This document shows positions 25,790 through 39,210 of a stretch of DNA of 64,000 bases, piece after piece. How positions within the stretch are numbered: the first letter of the stretch is position 1; the number at the start of each line of letters is the position of its first letter. The position numbers and the translations under genes are program-made. The notes under the pieces are model-generated. The model ran no database searches. It was not told the origin of the DNA and saw only the letters and a program-made list of their open reading frames with translations. Source of the stretch: Octopus vulgaris (Eukaryota); contig OX597828.1 in assembly GCA_951406725.2 (NCBI GenBank), positions 59,520,001 through 59,584,000 of the forward strand, given 5' to 3'.

Positions 25790-26106
25790 TTATTCTTTTA
25801 TTTGTTTCAGTCATTTGACTGCGGCCATGCTGGAGCAGCGCCTTTAGTCAAACAAATCGACCATAGGACTTATTCTTTGTAAGCCTAGTACTTATTCTAT
25901 CGGTTCTTTTACCGAATCGTTAAGTTACGGGGACTTAAACACACCGACATCTGTTGTCAAGCGCTGGTGGGAGGACAAACACAGACATACAAACATGAAC
26001 ATATATATATAGATATAAATACGACAGGTTTCTTTCAGTTTTCGTCTACCAAATCCACTCACAAGGATTTGGTCGACCCCAGGCTATAGTAAGACACATT
26101 CTCAAG
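25790..26106 (-). mobile_element. SINE family S-K, 5'-truncated
   Basis: Reverse complement of 5650-5960. Confidence 0.85.
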
Positions 26107-26634
26107 GAGTTAAAAGAATTTAAGTTGTAGAATGTCATTATAGGCACAGTTTTTGCATTCGCATTCAGACATTTTTCGTGAAAACTTAGGTCAAGTGAGT
26201 GAGGAACATGGTGAGAGAGTCCATCAGGATATTACTACAATGAAGAAAAGATATCAAGGAAGATAGGACACTGCAATGATGGGGGATTATATATGGTCAT
26301 TGGTGCGTACAGATATAGGAACTCACAATAGGAGAGCACGATATTCGATGCATTTCTAGTAAAATCTTATAATTTCATCAGAGTTTTGCTTACATTTCTC
26401 AGTTTAAAAATTAATATGGGGATAAAATATTTTTAGTTTGTATTAATGTACACAGTGAATAAGTTGAATAAAGTACTATCGCAGATAAATTTTGTTCCTA
26501 TTCTCTAGAAAACCGCAATTATCTCCAAAAATATCGATACTATGCAATTTTCAAGGGTAGTTTTGAAATCAGGAGAAAACATTACTTTAGATATATTAAA
26601 AAACATTTGAGAAGCAAAACTTGTGTTACCCTGT
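26107..26634 (+). mobile_element. Chapaev3-like DNA transposon 3' fragment
   Basis: FLHSHSDIFRENLGQVSEEHGERVHQDITTMKKRYQGR*DTAMMGDYIWSLVR; terminus tgttaccctgtg (CACAGGGTAACA on the minus strand). Confidence 0.7.
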
Positions 26635-26635
26635 G

Positions 26636-26985
26636 CTCTAAGAAAGCCAATGACATGATTTCACACTCATGGATAAGTGAATGCTTGAGAATATTCACTA
26701 TTACAGACAACACAGTCAATTAGCTATAACATGAAGGAATGGACATTAGATCTTTACTCAAACGATAGAGAATTACGGGAAGTTAATATCAAGAGAGGTA
26801 TTTTGCAGGGCAACTCGTTATCTCCTATAATATTTATCTTATACTTAAACCCACCTCAGTTTAGTATTAAGAAAAGCAAAGCAGGATATCAGTTGAGAGA
26901 TAATAGAGGAAAAAATAACTATTTGCTCTACATGGATGATATCAGGCTTTTTAGTAAGAATAAAAGTGATAGATTACTTTATACA
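26636..26985 (+). pseudogene. RT fragment of an R2/R4-group non-LTR element
   Basis: KA.DMISHSWI, IKRGILQGNSLSPIIF and LLYMDDIRLF motifs. Confidence 0.75.
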
Positions 26986-27447
26986 AAATCTTTGTCACTT
27001 CATAGTTTAGTATTTAATGTATAGCTTTGTTCTTTTGTATGGATTTCAGTTTATTGTGTTTAGTTTCGTAGTTCTATTTTGCTATCAGGCTGGTTATTTC
27101 CGTTGCAATCAAATTGATAATTTCCTTGTGGGATCTGTTTCCAGGATGTGACAAAAATTATCAATAGGCAGGCCAAAGTGTTGATTGATTGATTGATTCC
27201 AGTTCCAGCCTATGAGCTGTGGCCATGCTGGGGCACCGCCATTTAAGTTGTAACGTTATAACGTTTTGCGATATTATGCTTTCAATTCAAATTCTACCAA
27301 GGTCAACTTACCACTTAATTTCGGGTACAATAAAATAAAAACAAAGTAGTATCAGCAGTTGCAGCTGTAGTTTTCTTCTTCTTCTTCTTCTTCTTCTTCT
27401 TCTTCTTCTTCTTCTTCTTCTTCTTCTTCTTCTTCTTCTTCTTCTTC

Positions 27448-27920
27448 CAATCAGGACTCACGACATTAGCCACAAAGAATAATCTCTAATTCGAGCCTAC
27501 TCTAAGCTACTAAGAATGCGTGCGGCAATCTACCCACCACACGCGATAGACTGGCGGTTGTACGGGCGCGAAAGCTACGTTGTTATCCTCATTCCGTAAA
27601 CGGTGGCTTTTAACAGGTGGAGAGCTGAACCATCTTGGGGTACAGAGGATTCGCAATCTAGACTGAGGTCTGAAAATTTTACCACACCATAGTGGGTTAC
27701 ACCATAGTTCCTCTGCTTTGTGGCAGAATTAGGAAGAAAGAGTGAGAGAAAGCTGTGATGAAAGAGTACAGCGGGGTTCAACACCTCTCCCCACCGGAGC
27801 CTCGTGGAGCTTAGGTGTTTTTGCTCAATAAACACTCATAATACCCGGTCTGGGAATCAAAACCGCGTTCTTACGACCGCTAGTCCGCTACCCTAAACAC
27901 TGGGCAGTTGCGCCTCCACT
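27448..27920 (-). mobile_element. tRNA-derived SINE (OR-like head), tail type 2, ending in (GAA)n at 27373-27447
   Basis: Head gtggaggcgcaactgcccagtgtttagggtagcggact...ttgattcccagaccggg and core aaaacacctaagctccacgaggctccgg. Confidence 0.82.
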
Positions 27921-29181
27921 GCAGCTGTAGTTGTAGTATTTGTCTGCGAGCTGGCAGACTTTACGGCATTTGTTCTAATTCAGAGGCCTTTAATTTGGTC
28001 GGATAACACACCTCACTATTTTCTCTGGCTCTTTAATACCTGACTTCAAATATTATCGAGATCAAGTTAGCATTTCATCTCACCGGGATCGATACAATAA
28101 AACCAAGTATTGGAATTGATGGTATCGACTATTTCTTCTCTTCAGAATTACCGGCCTTCTGCCAAAATCAGAGATCATTATTAAGGGGATTGATATATTG
28201 TGCAACTTTTGGATACAACATCTGGATACAACTAAAGGGTACATGTTTTGTATAATCACTCACGTCTGTTGTCTTTCTCTCTGTTGGAATTTTGGAGTCA
28301 AGAACGCTCACTATCATATTCGGTTACGAGGTTGCTAGACGAATGAATAATACCACTACCAACTTCATTAGAGTAAATTACTCCCAATTCCCTTTGTTCT
28401 AATAAGACGGCTACTCAGAGTGGCTGTAAAAAGCATTGTCTGCACGAAAACGACAACAGCAGCAATATAAAAACAATAATAGCATTGATAACATGAACGG
28501 AAGTAATAGTAAGGGCAATGTTTAACAACAAGGATGCCACCACAAGCATCAATGGTACTAGCAGTAATAACAACAACAACAACAAAAACTGCGAAAGAAA
28601 CTAGAATGACAGCAGCATCAGCGACAGCAGTAATACCAACAACAACAACACCAATAGTAACAATAACAATTTTTTTAAATCACAGAAATTAACCATCACC
28701 TCAATGATATAGAAGTGGGTGTTACGGTTGAGGGCAAAAAGCTGAGATACCTCCTGTGTGGTGTTGAAAACCACATAGAGTCTTTCTATCCTTTAGCAGA
28801 AAACGGGGAGACCGAAACGGCGGCCAACACTATAGTCACAATAGCAAGAGCAGCATACAGCAGTAATAACAACAACAACAGCAGGGAAGAAACCGAGAAC
28901 ATCGGCAAAAACATCTGAGCTATGATACAAACAGTTGCAGTTGCAGTAATTTTTACGTGTTTCAGTTATTAGACTGTGGCCAAGCTAGAGCGCCACCTTC
29001 AAGATATTTTAGTCGGATGAATCGATTGCAGAACATTATTTTTAAAGCCAGGTACTTATTCTATCGATATCTTTTGCTGAAATGCTAGGTTACGAGAATG
29101 TAAAAACAACTACACCGGTTATCAAACGGTGGTGAAGGACACACACACATATACATACATATATATATATATATGTACATA

Positions 29182-29211
<30 letters not shown>

Positions 29212-29212
<1 letters not shown>

Positions 29213-29499
29213 CGCCGTGACCGACCAGGCTATCTGATGTTGCTACATATTGCTGGTCACAATGCGCTTCGGATTGTTTTAGCCTTCAAATTACTCCACC
29301 CCGCTGATTAAGCGAGCAGGACAACAGAAGAAAGGGTGAGAGAAAGTTCGAGCGAAAGAGTACAGCAGGGTTCACCACCACCCCCTGCAGGAGCCTCGTG
29401 TTTTCGCTCAATAAACACTCACAACGCCCGGTCTGGGAATCGAAACCGCGATCCTACGACCGCGAGTCCGCTGCCCTAACCACTGGGCCATTGCGCCTC

Positions 29500-29501
<2 letters not shown>
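29212..29501 (-). mobile_element. tRNA-derived SINE (OR-like head) with RTE-like 3' tail
   Basis: A box TGGCCCAGTGG and B box GTTTCGATTC; the tail gtgaccagc...ctggtcggtcacggcgat resembles the RTE 3' end at 34353-34410. Confidence 0.85.
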
Positions 29502-29542
<41 letters not shown>

Positions 29543-29613
29543 GTAGAGAGAGAGAGAGAGAGAGAGAGTGAGAGAGAGAGTAAGTGAGAGAGAGAGAGTG
29601 ATAGAGAGAGTAA

Positions 29614-29657
<44 letters not shown>

Positions 29658-29802
29658 CACGTCGATCTTCTTTCAGGTTTCGTCTACGAAATCCACTCAC
29701 AAAACTATGGTTGGACTGAATCTGGAAACATGTGTTTGGGAAGCAAGTTTCTTACAGCCATTTCTGTATCTATGCTTAACTTATCTTTACACTTTATCTT
29801 GT

Positions 29803-30100
29803 GAAGGCGCGCGGCTTAGTGGTTAGGGCATTCGGCTCCCGATTGTAAGGTCGTGAGTTCGATTCCTTGCGACGCGTTGTGTCCTTGAGCAAGACACTTT
29901 ATTTCACGTTGCTCCAGTCCACTCAGCTGGCAAAAATGAGTTGTACTTGTATTTCAAAGGGGCCAGCCTTGTCACACTCTGTGTCACGCTGAATTTCCCT
30001 GAGAACTACGTTAGGGGTACATGTGTCTGTGGATTGCTCAGTCACTTGCACCTTAATTTCACGAGCAGGCTGTTCCGTTGATCGTATGAGCTGGGACACT
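29803..30100 (+). mobile_element. tRNA-derived SINE with gtgtccttgagcaagacactt core
   Basis: A box CGGCTTAGTGG and B box GAGTTCGATTCC. Confidence 0.82.
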
Positions 30101-30518
30101 CTGCACCATTATTTAACGTAACTTTACACCCTTACTTCATCTGCCGAATTGGGCCTTTCGGTACGTCCATTTATATTTACTAAAATAAGGTTTAGTCATG
30201 TAAATTCAATTACTGATATGTTCGCACATAAAAATTACTTGATGTGACTAATAATTAAAGTACATAAGTAATCTTTGTTTTTCAGTTTGGGTAAGGGCAC
30301 TTTTAATATTTTCCACCCCTATTTCTAACCCCCTATAATTACTTCAGTGCATTTGTAAGTTTGTGTATACGCATGTGTGTGGGCGTTTTTGTGTTGTTAC
30401 TATTTTATTATGGTTTGTAATTTATTGTATATTTTTAGATACTGTATTCTACTTATTTTTATTAGTTTACAAATTTTTGCCTTTTACTAAAATATATTTA
30501 AATATATTATTACTATTA

Positions 30519-30577
<59 letters not shown>

Positions 30578-31154
30578 GTCGGAGTTATTGACATACGGAT
30601 CCTATCATCCTGAGATGAACGATAGTATTAAGTATTGCATTTTATTTTAAGTCCAAGATATACACAAAGACTCGATTCATTGCAAACTGTAAGAATCTAT
30701 TCTTATTCAGTTATTGATTCCATTTAGAATGCACTCTAGGCGAAATCTCGATATACCATTTTCCATTTTCCCCAATTTACATAAGGATATTGACAATATG
30801 ATTCAAAAGCTAGTAAAAAAAATCCCACATGTAGTCAGTTGTACACGAAGAAAAATAATCCCAATCATAAGAAACACGACTTTGTAATCTAAAAAAGCAT
30901 ATAACCACTATAGCTTGCAATAAAAACAACCTGTCATAAATCAAAAACTGTCAATCATAGAAAGTCTATGCGTACATTTACAACCAATGTAATGGCATAG
31001 TGATATTTGAACTCAGCATTTACCCTTCACAATGTTCTCATTTCCTTTTTAATTATTTAAATTGTGACGACATCGTGAGAGTGGTGGGAGGGGGGAAGCA
31101 TAGACCTCCGTCTAATCTGTTTTACGTGATTTAATCAAGTTTGTGTATATTAAT

Positions 31155-31516
31155 TTCTTTACTACCCAATTATATTGACCCCAGTGCGTAACTGGTACTT
31201 TATTTATCGACCTCCGAAAGGATGAAAGGCAAAGTCGACCTCGGCGGAATTTGAACTCAGAACGTAACGACAGACGAAATACCTATTTCTTTACTACCCA
31301 CAAGGGGCTAAACACAGAGGGAACAAAAAATGACAGACGAAGGGATTAAGCCGATTACATCTACCCCCAGTGCGTAACTGGTTCTTAATTTATCGACCCC
31401 GAAAGGATGAAAGGCAAACTCGACTTGGGCGGAATTTGAACTCGGAACGTAACGACAGACGAAATACGGCTACGCATTTCGCCCGGCGCGCTAACGTTTC
31501 TGCCAGCTCGCCGCCG
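31155..31516 (-). mobile_element. SINE with Nin/Deu-like core, partial tandem dimer (family S-N)
   Basis: gtcgactttgcctttcatcctttcgg..gtcgataaa..agtaccagt occurs twice; head ggcggcgagctggcagaaacgttagc. Confidence 0.8.
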
Positions 31517-33520
31517 CATTTGTGAATATTCTGAGTTTGAATCTCTCACAAATTAGTTCGCTTTTCAGCTAGAATAAGATATAGATCATTGATGTACCAG
31601 GTTCCATTCAAAATTTATTTATTTTAGCTGGTAAGATATTATTTTGATGCCAATAAAATAAGTACTGTTATACTGCCCTACACATCCTTTACACCTCCAA
31701 ATCCTTTATCTTCTATCTTTTGGCTTCTCAATCTTTTGGGATTAAAGTGTAGTTTTCTGTTTGACAAATGTTTCTGATATAGGAACAAGACCAGCAAATT
31801 TTATAGGTTCGAGCTTTGTCGATATCATTGTCCTCAGTACTTGACAGTTTATTTTGTCGACCTTAGAGAGATGAAAATCAAATTTAACCTCAGTGCGATG
31901 TGAACTCAGATCGTAGCAGTTAGTGCAAAGCATTGTTCCCGACACTAACGAATCTATCAGCTCGTTCTTTTCCTTTGCCTAATAATGTTTCCTAATTTAG
32001 GCATAAGTCTAGCAAATTTGAGACGAGGTGGTAAGTTGGTACCATCGAGTCCGCTATTTGGCTGATACTATATTTTATTGATTGCGGGAGCGTTAAAGAC
32101 GAAGCTTGATTAGCCAGGATTAGAACTCAGAACATAGAGTCAGAAGAAATACAACGCTTCTCTTCAAACGACGTAAAGATTCTACCGGTTTGCTGTCTTT
32201 CTTCTGCTTAAAAATACTCCCCGATTTAGGATCAAGGCCAGGCTGGTATATAGATTTATAAATAATGATCTTTCATATTTACGTATTTATAATAGAATCT
32301 TTTTAATATCAAATATGACAATTGTTCAACACCTCACCAAATTCCTATACTGAGTGATGGCAGGAAATTTAATATACGAAATTAGCAGCTGATTCTACTA
32401 CGATGTATATATATATATAAAATTTTAGCGAAGCAATTCTCTACTACCACAACTTTTGTATGGTCATCTTTTACAGCTGCATTTATGGTTTTTATTGTTG
32501 TTGTTGTTGCTGTTGTTCTGGTTGCCCATAATTTCCTATCACGGTTGTCATATTAGTTGTATTACTATTTTGAGATAGGAAGAAGGAGCACCGATTCAAG
32601 AACAAAATAAATTGAAAGAACAAAATTGATGATATCACTTTTAACACCTAATGATGGTGAAATTTCTTGCATGCATAACATCTAAATCTGTTATGTATGG
32701 AGAGGTGGTATACAGGGGTTGTGTCAAGTATAAACACAGCGGTTAGATGTTTAGTGTGATTATAACAACACTCGAAGTTATATATGCCGTTTTGTCGCAT
32801 ATGTCATAGTGATGGATGAAAGGCAGGAAATTCTTGTTTCGGTGCTAACCTCATTCAAACTTTCAATATAGCTTATTTAGTGTTAAAAGTGGGAATGAAA
32901 TAAGGAAAAAATATAACTGTAGCGTGTTAGACTTCTGAGAACTATTTACATACCTTGTGTGAACTTTATATAACAGAAAACAAATGTAGACTCTTCAGAA
33001 ATGACAGCTGACGGCTACGAGTCAGGAAATACAATTTTTATCTAAATTACCTAAAATTCTGAAAATGTGTCTCGGTCAGATGGACTTGCGAGAAATGTTT
33101 TATATATATGGTAATATCCAACAGAACTGGAATTTATTGTAACAAGTTTTTGTTTTATATACTGAACCTCAGCAGCAGACATATGTAATTCAGGTGTTCA
33201 CAATCTCTAAGTAGACAGGTTAACTTTCAGAGAATGACATACTACTAAAATATTGTTTGAGACATCTTCCAAATTAAGTTAAGTGGGGTATAAATATCAT
33301 GAGAAAGTAAGAAGAAAGCCTTATAATTTCTTGTGAGTTGTCTGGTGGACACGGCTCAATGATCTAATGACATTCTCATAATAAATCTTCAACAAATACT
33401 TCACTCGATACTTGGTGTAGAAGCTGATGCAAAGTCACCACCACTACCTGGGCACTCGACCAAGTGAAATACTGACCATACTTCCGGTAGTTGATATCAC
33501 TTTATTTTGAACTTGCACTG

Positions 33521-34034
33521 TACCGTAAATCTTCGAGTATAGTCCGTCCTTGAGTATAATACGCAGGGGATTTTTAGGGGGCTGTACCTCTGAAAAACCT
33601 AAACCATGTGTATAATGCGCACTCCTTCTGTAACTTGAGTCAAGGAGGTCTATATAACGTCCTTGCTTTGTAAAAATGTGTACGGTAACGTCCTTTATTA
33701 TTATTGTATATATAACATAATGCAAACGTGTAGCTTTTTGTGCATTTTGTTTGCAGAAAATAAAGAAATAATAGTAATAACGTTTAATAAATGTTGCTTA
33801 TTGCAAGTTATGGATGATTCTTTTATCACGTCATTGCTTTCAGGCTTAGCTTAAGGTACTTTCGTGCCCGATATCACGAAATGCATCTGAATAAACATTG
33901 CCGGACAGCAAAAAGAGACTCGGACTTTGCTTAGTAAATAATTTTCATTTTTAACCTCGTATATAGTACGCACTAGGGATTTTGATCTTTAAATTTTGGG
34001 GAAAAGTGCGGATTATACACGAGGATTTACGGTA
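33521..34034. mobile_element. MITE with ~25-bp TIRs (Tc1/mariner-pogo type, TA-flanked)
   Basis: taccgtaaatcttcgagtatagtccg ... cggattatacacgaggatttacggta. Confidence 0.8.
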
Positions 34035-34295
34035 GTTGTATTCTAAAATACTTTAAATACAATTATATAAATTATGTGAAGGTAGGCGCGCATATATGAC
34101 AACGATTTCGTTTCAGCAGGATCTGAATAAATATTCGAACCAACCCCTTATGCCACAGAAATGAATCTAACATTCTCATCACCCACTGATTGAACGATTT
34201 TCATATGCCTCCGATGAATACCTCAGTAAATTTGAGTTTTGCAATGTATTTACATTAAGTATGATATACAGCAGATATGTGTGTTTATATATATG

Positions 34296-34352
<57 letters not shown>

Positions 34353-34355
<3 letters not shown>

Positions 34356-34637
34356 CACTTTGACCGACCAGTCCGTCAGGCGTCCATTTGACACCGCTGG
34401 TCACAGCACGCTGTCCACTCCTCTCTGGATCGCGCCTTTCTCATCCACGTGATCCCAATCGTCCTCCTGAAATCGTCATTCCACTGTTGTGGAAGTCTTC
34501 CGGGTGGTCTTTTCCGCTCACGCGGGTACCACTCGTCAACTGTGTGCGTCCACCGATTATCGGTGAGCCGGGCGACGTGTCCAGCCCATCTATACTTGCT
34601 GCGTGTATACTCTGCGATGACATCTCTCACGTTTCGA
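34353..34637 (-). mobile_element. 3' fragment of an RTE-clade LINE
   Basis: KYRWAGHVARLTDNRWT...WYPRERKRPPGRLPQQW; the 3' end runs into (TA)n. Confidence 0.88.
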
Positions 34638-34700
34638 GCGGAGCGCATTGTGACCAGCGATGTGTAGCAACATCTGATAGCCTGGTCGGTCACGGTGATA

Positions 34701-34769
<69 letters not shown>

Positions 34770-34771
<2 letters not shown>

Positions 34772-35331
34772 CATCATATCAAAGGGAAATGGAAATTAAT
34801 TAAAATGTTCACTTCCAGTGACCTAACGTGTAAGAATTTAGTCCAAAAGACTATGTATTAGTCATAAAATACAGTGTACATTTAAACACATGGGGTATCC
34901 ACTCGTGGGATTCAACATGCTAGAAAGAACAGCTAGGTTCTATAACCACAAAATTAGGGATAAAATTCGACAGGAACGAAATGAAAAAATAAATACCTTT
35001 TACCATCTAGTTTCCTGTACCAATTGGTTTCTGGTTTTAGTTTAGCAAGTAATTCAATAGCATATACTCGCTAGGTGAAATCGTCTTCAGCAGGAACACC
35101 TAGGGTTAAATATATAAACACGAAGCGATCAAACTATGTGCCTCTTATTTATACATCCTAATTTTTTCAAAATCTACTGCGCAGACGCAGCCCTTCGCCA
35201 GTAATAAAAAATGCCAACTTTTAAAAATCGAAAACTATCCAAAAACTTACAATACTTAATTATATCAAAGGGAAATGGAAATTAATTAAAATTTTCACTT
35301 CTAGTGGCCTAACGTGTAAGAATTTAGTCCA
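34770..35331 (-). mobile_element. ~486-nt HHR element bounded by a ~68-nt direct repeat of its 3' tail (34776-34844 and 35262-35331)
   Basis: atatcaaagggaaatggaaattaattaaaat...taacgtgtaagaatttagtcca is duplicated; the minus strand contains agctgttctttctagcatgttg. Confidence 0.75.
35012..35096 (-). ncRNA. Type I hammerhead motif with long stem II
   Basis: UUCCUG-CUGAAGA-C-GAUUU...UAGCGAGU/ACUUGCUA...AAACC-A-GAAA-CCAAUUGG-U-A-CAGGAA. Confidence 0.72.
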
Positions 35332-35397
35332 ATTTACCCTGTTCTCGTTCTGTTAACGGATAGGCGTTCAGGCGAGTATACTGGCATTGTCTAGGGA

Positions 35398-35470
35398 AAT
35401 GCAGCTGATGAAGACTGATCAAATTTACGTTGTCAAACGTATTTAAAGAGTCAGAAACCGGTCCTGCATT
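35398..35470 (+). ncRNA. Type I hammerhead motif, A.A at 10.1/11.1
   Basis: AAUGCAG-CUGAUGA-A-GACU...AGUC-A-GAAA-CCGG-U-C-CUGCAUU; 7-bp stem I and palindromic ACCGGU. Confidence 0.8.
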
Positions 35471-35542
35471 ATCCGTTTTTAGGTTGTCCATTTATCGAAT
35501 GTTCTTCCTAGAGTTAAGACAAATTTTTCATGTTTGTTGCAC

Positions 35543-35698
35543 ATCGACCCCAGTGCATAGCTGGTACTTTATTTATCGACCCCGAAAGGATGAAAGGCAA
35601 ACTCGACCTCGGCGGAATGTGAACTCAGAACGTAACGGCAGACGATATACGGCTACGCATTTCGCCCGGCGTGCTAACGCTTCTGCCAGTTCGCCGCC
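35543..35698 (-). mobile_element. SINE family S-N
   Basis: Matches 31360-31516. Confidence 0.8.
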
Positions 35699-35779
35699 CT
35701 AAATATATTTTATACCAATCTGTCATCAAAGTCTTGAAAAATGGAAAGCGGTCACTCGCAGTTAATTTCGCTCGATCTC

Positions 35780-36740
35780 ACTGATCTCACATACCATCAA
35801 CATTCTTGAAGAGTGGTGCGATAAAAAATAATTGTTTCCTGTAGAGTAAGAATCTCCTAAATTCTAACAAGGATGGTTTTCGTAACGGCAGGCACTTCCT
35901 AACAAAGTGTCTATATCACTGAGTATATTCTTAAAATTTTGTGAACAGGCTCGAAATTTGTGTTATATATCTTGACTTCAGCAAAGATTCCGTAAAGTTA
36001 TCCTGCTGTAAAAATCGTCCAAAATCTGGATCCATAGTGAACTGTTGTACTGGATCGATGGAATCCACTCAAGCACAACAAATGCCACCTGGGGTGTTAC
36101 AGGAAACTGCTGTGGGACCAGTTCGCTTCATTGTCTATATAATCGGCATCTTAAATGTCAAGCATAGGAAAATAAATGAATCCAAGATTCAAAAAATCTG
36201 ACAAATACCCAGTCTGATTGACATTCAATAGGTCAATGACAGGACAAAAGCAACATGCTGTTAAATGAAGGGAAGTTAGAACTCATGCATTTCAGAGAAT
36301 GTACAAGCAAATGACATTTCAGATTATGATTATTGAGATCTCCTTAAGCATTTTCTCCAACGCTGCTTGAGCGTTTCATGATTTTCAGAATTTGGAAATG
36401 TTTACCACCAGCAACGACGTAAGCGCCAAGTTCTCAATTAATCCAAGGCTAGAGCTCCTACACAATTCAAGCTCACAAAACAAAACCTCATTGCAACTCA
36501 ATTTGTTTTCTTCATCAACCACTGCTCTGTTTCATAACATCTCAAAACAAAACGAAGAAAAAGATTCCATTGCCATCAAATCATATCTGGACAGATTTCT
36601 TCAAGGTATATTAGACAAGCAACCTATACTTGAATGCATCTCAGTCAACAATAACCACCTCCTTCGATAGGCTAAGATATCACAAAACTGTTTAAAAGTC
36701 ACTAAACAGATTCTATCAGGTATATATGACATGGCATGAA
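35780..36740 (+). pseudogene. Old, heavily decayed LINE related to family L-B
   Basis: VIYLDFSK, PGVLQETAVGPVRFIVYI, LNEGKLELMHF and LDRFLQGILDKQP remnants; 3' ctatcagg...gacatggc. Confidence 0.7.
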
Positions 36741-36756
36741 GTATTTTTTTGTGTGA

Positions 36757-36824
<68 letters not shown>

Positions 36825-36894
36825 TGTATGTATGTATGTATGTATGTATGTATGTATGTATGTATGTACGTATGTATGTATGTATAAATATATA

Positions 36895-38092
36895 CAGGGT
36901 GTGATATGTAAATCGTCGCCATTTTAGAGTTTTAATTTCGCACATGCATATTGCTTGTTTTTGATTTTGTCGACTACACAGAAAAGTAGGATCAGATGAA
37001 CAGGGTCCTTTGGTGACAATCTGAGGACAGTGCAGAAGATTCGAAAAGAGTTGCATGAGTTAAATGGTGATTACGATGGTACAGCAGCTGGGAAAACTCA
37101 CTCTGGTCGCTCTGATAAGTAAAGAAATCCTGAATTTGTAGGTGACATCCAGGTCACGATTGACAACGATTCCTCCAAGTCAATTATGTCCATCGGCAGG
37201 GGCATGTGAGCGTCTGAGTTTCTTATCAAGGAGGTAATGACTAAAGGCATTCGGTATACCTCATACAAGATGAGATAGGGCCAATTGTTATTCCTAGTCA
37301 TCAACGACAAGAGAAAAGACCGTGCTCCGGAGCTTTTGAACAGACTCAAGCATCCCCTCCAGCCGAACGTGCTTTAGTTTTTCTCAGACAAGAAAACTTT
37401 CTGCCAGGATCAGATGGTGAACTCACAGAACAACCGTTGGCTTGCTATGTCCCTAGAACTTGAACCGAGAGTGATAAAAATCAAACAACCAATGATAAAC
37501 ATGGTGTTTGGAGTGATCACTAGTGGTGCGACGTTATGCCTCCATTCATTTTCCTACACGTCCTCACACTCAACACGGTGGTCTACATCAAATGATTGGA
37601 GGAGGGAGGGAGGCCTTGGGTCAAGAGTTTGGCTGCTGGAAGACACTCTATCTCGCAACAGGACTCTGCATAAATGCCACACAAGCAGGAGAACTCAGCT
37701 ATCGCTTTCAGACAATTTCTGCTACGACATCAACCCTAACATCTGGCCACATAGCTCCCCAGGATGCAACTCCTTTGTTTATTATGTGTGGGGTGCAGTC
37801 GAGTAAGAGACCAGCAAAACAACTTCCTGTAACACCAAAGATGCACTGAAGACAAGGCTTATTGGCAGTATTCATCAACTTAAACAAAGAGACCGTTCAG
37901 AAGAGCTGCAGGAGATCCCGAAGTTACTTGGAGGCCGTGGTTGAACCCAATGGCAATTTTATTGAATAAATTTACTCTTTAGTATTTCAAGATATTTTTA
38001 TGTAATTTTGGCAAATATATCTGTTAATATTGAGATGCAGTGTTATTTTCATTTTTGCGTAATTTAGATGGCAATTTATTCGCCACACGCTG
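36895..38092 (+). mobile_element. Tc1/mariner-superfamily transposon with transposase pseudogene
   Basis: FFSDKKTF..NSQNNRW, MVFGVITS, QQDS(A)..H and WPHSSPGCNS..YYVWGAVE; degenerate TIRs cagggtgtg...aaatcgtcgccat and atggcaattt...cacacgctg. Confidence 0.82.
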
Positions 38093-38114
38093 CATATATA
38101 TATATACTTCCGGT

Positions 38115-38331
38115 CTTTCAAAATGAGACCTCGTGTGTACCGTTGGCGATTTTTTTTTCCTCTGTCTTCCCTTCTCGGGATCTTTCCTTCTCCTATGATT
38201 CCGACGAAGAGTTCCGCTCGAAATGTTAAACCCTCCTTCTTTCCTGAGCGTCCAATAATACTATATTTGTTCCACGTCCTCGCGTTGTTGTGTTTTTTGT
38301 GTGTTTTTTTTGTGTTTTCTTGTTTGGATTA

Positions 38332-38336
<5 letters not shown>
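38115..38336 (+). mobile_element. HHR-bearing element, family A; HHR motif at 38197-38231
   Basis: GAUU-CCGACGA-A-GAGU(UCC)GCUC-GAAA-UG-U-U-AAAC; near-identical to 49496-49717; ends in (TA)n. Confidence 0.78.
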
Positions 38337-38373
<37 letters not shown>

Positions 38374-38475
38374 GGAGTAAGCACATAAATGTGAAACAAG
38401 GTGGAATAAAGAGTACTCAAATACCAAAGGTAGAGTCTATATATGTGTGTGTGTGTAAATGTATATATGTATACG

Positions 38476-38509
<34 letters not shown>

Positions 38510-38899
38510 CTCTTACATACGCATTTATAGGGTATGATATAAGATTGGAGTTATATACAATATTGAAGACAGGCAGTGTTTGTCTAAGAGCTGCAAATCG
38601 TGTTGACTTTTTAAACCAGTTGATAATCTCCAGTTATATCACTGCCATCGCATTATATGTCCGTTCTTACATAAAAGCAGAGTAAAAGTATGGCTTTTGA
38701 TTTTGTTTACAGATACGTATCTTTACAACCTACCAGCAGGCTAAGAGTCTGACAACATTTATTGCATGGTTCATACCCCACGCGCTCTCTCTCTCTCTCT
38801 GTCTCTTTCTATCTCCCTCCTTTTCCTATCACTCTTTTACAAACATACACACATACTTATGTGGGCAGGTAAGTAGGCATCCATAAGCACACATATATG

Positions 38900-38956
<57 letters not shown>

Positions 38957-39043
38957 TATATATACACACATATATATATATACACATATATATATGTATA
39001 TATGTATATGTATATATATATGTATATATGTATATGTATATGC

Positions 39044-39093
<50 letters not shown>

Positions 39094-39129
39094 ATGTATA
39101 TATATATGTATATATGTATATGTATATGC

Positions 39130-39202
<73 letters not shown>

Positions 39203-39210
39203 TGCATATC
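38900..39210. repeat. Long compound (TA)n/(TATG)n microsatellite
   Basis: Direct reading. Confidence 0.95.
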
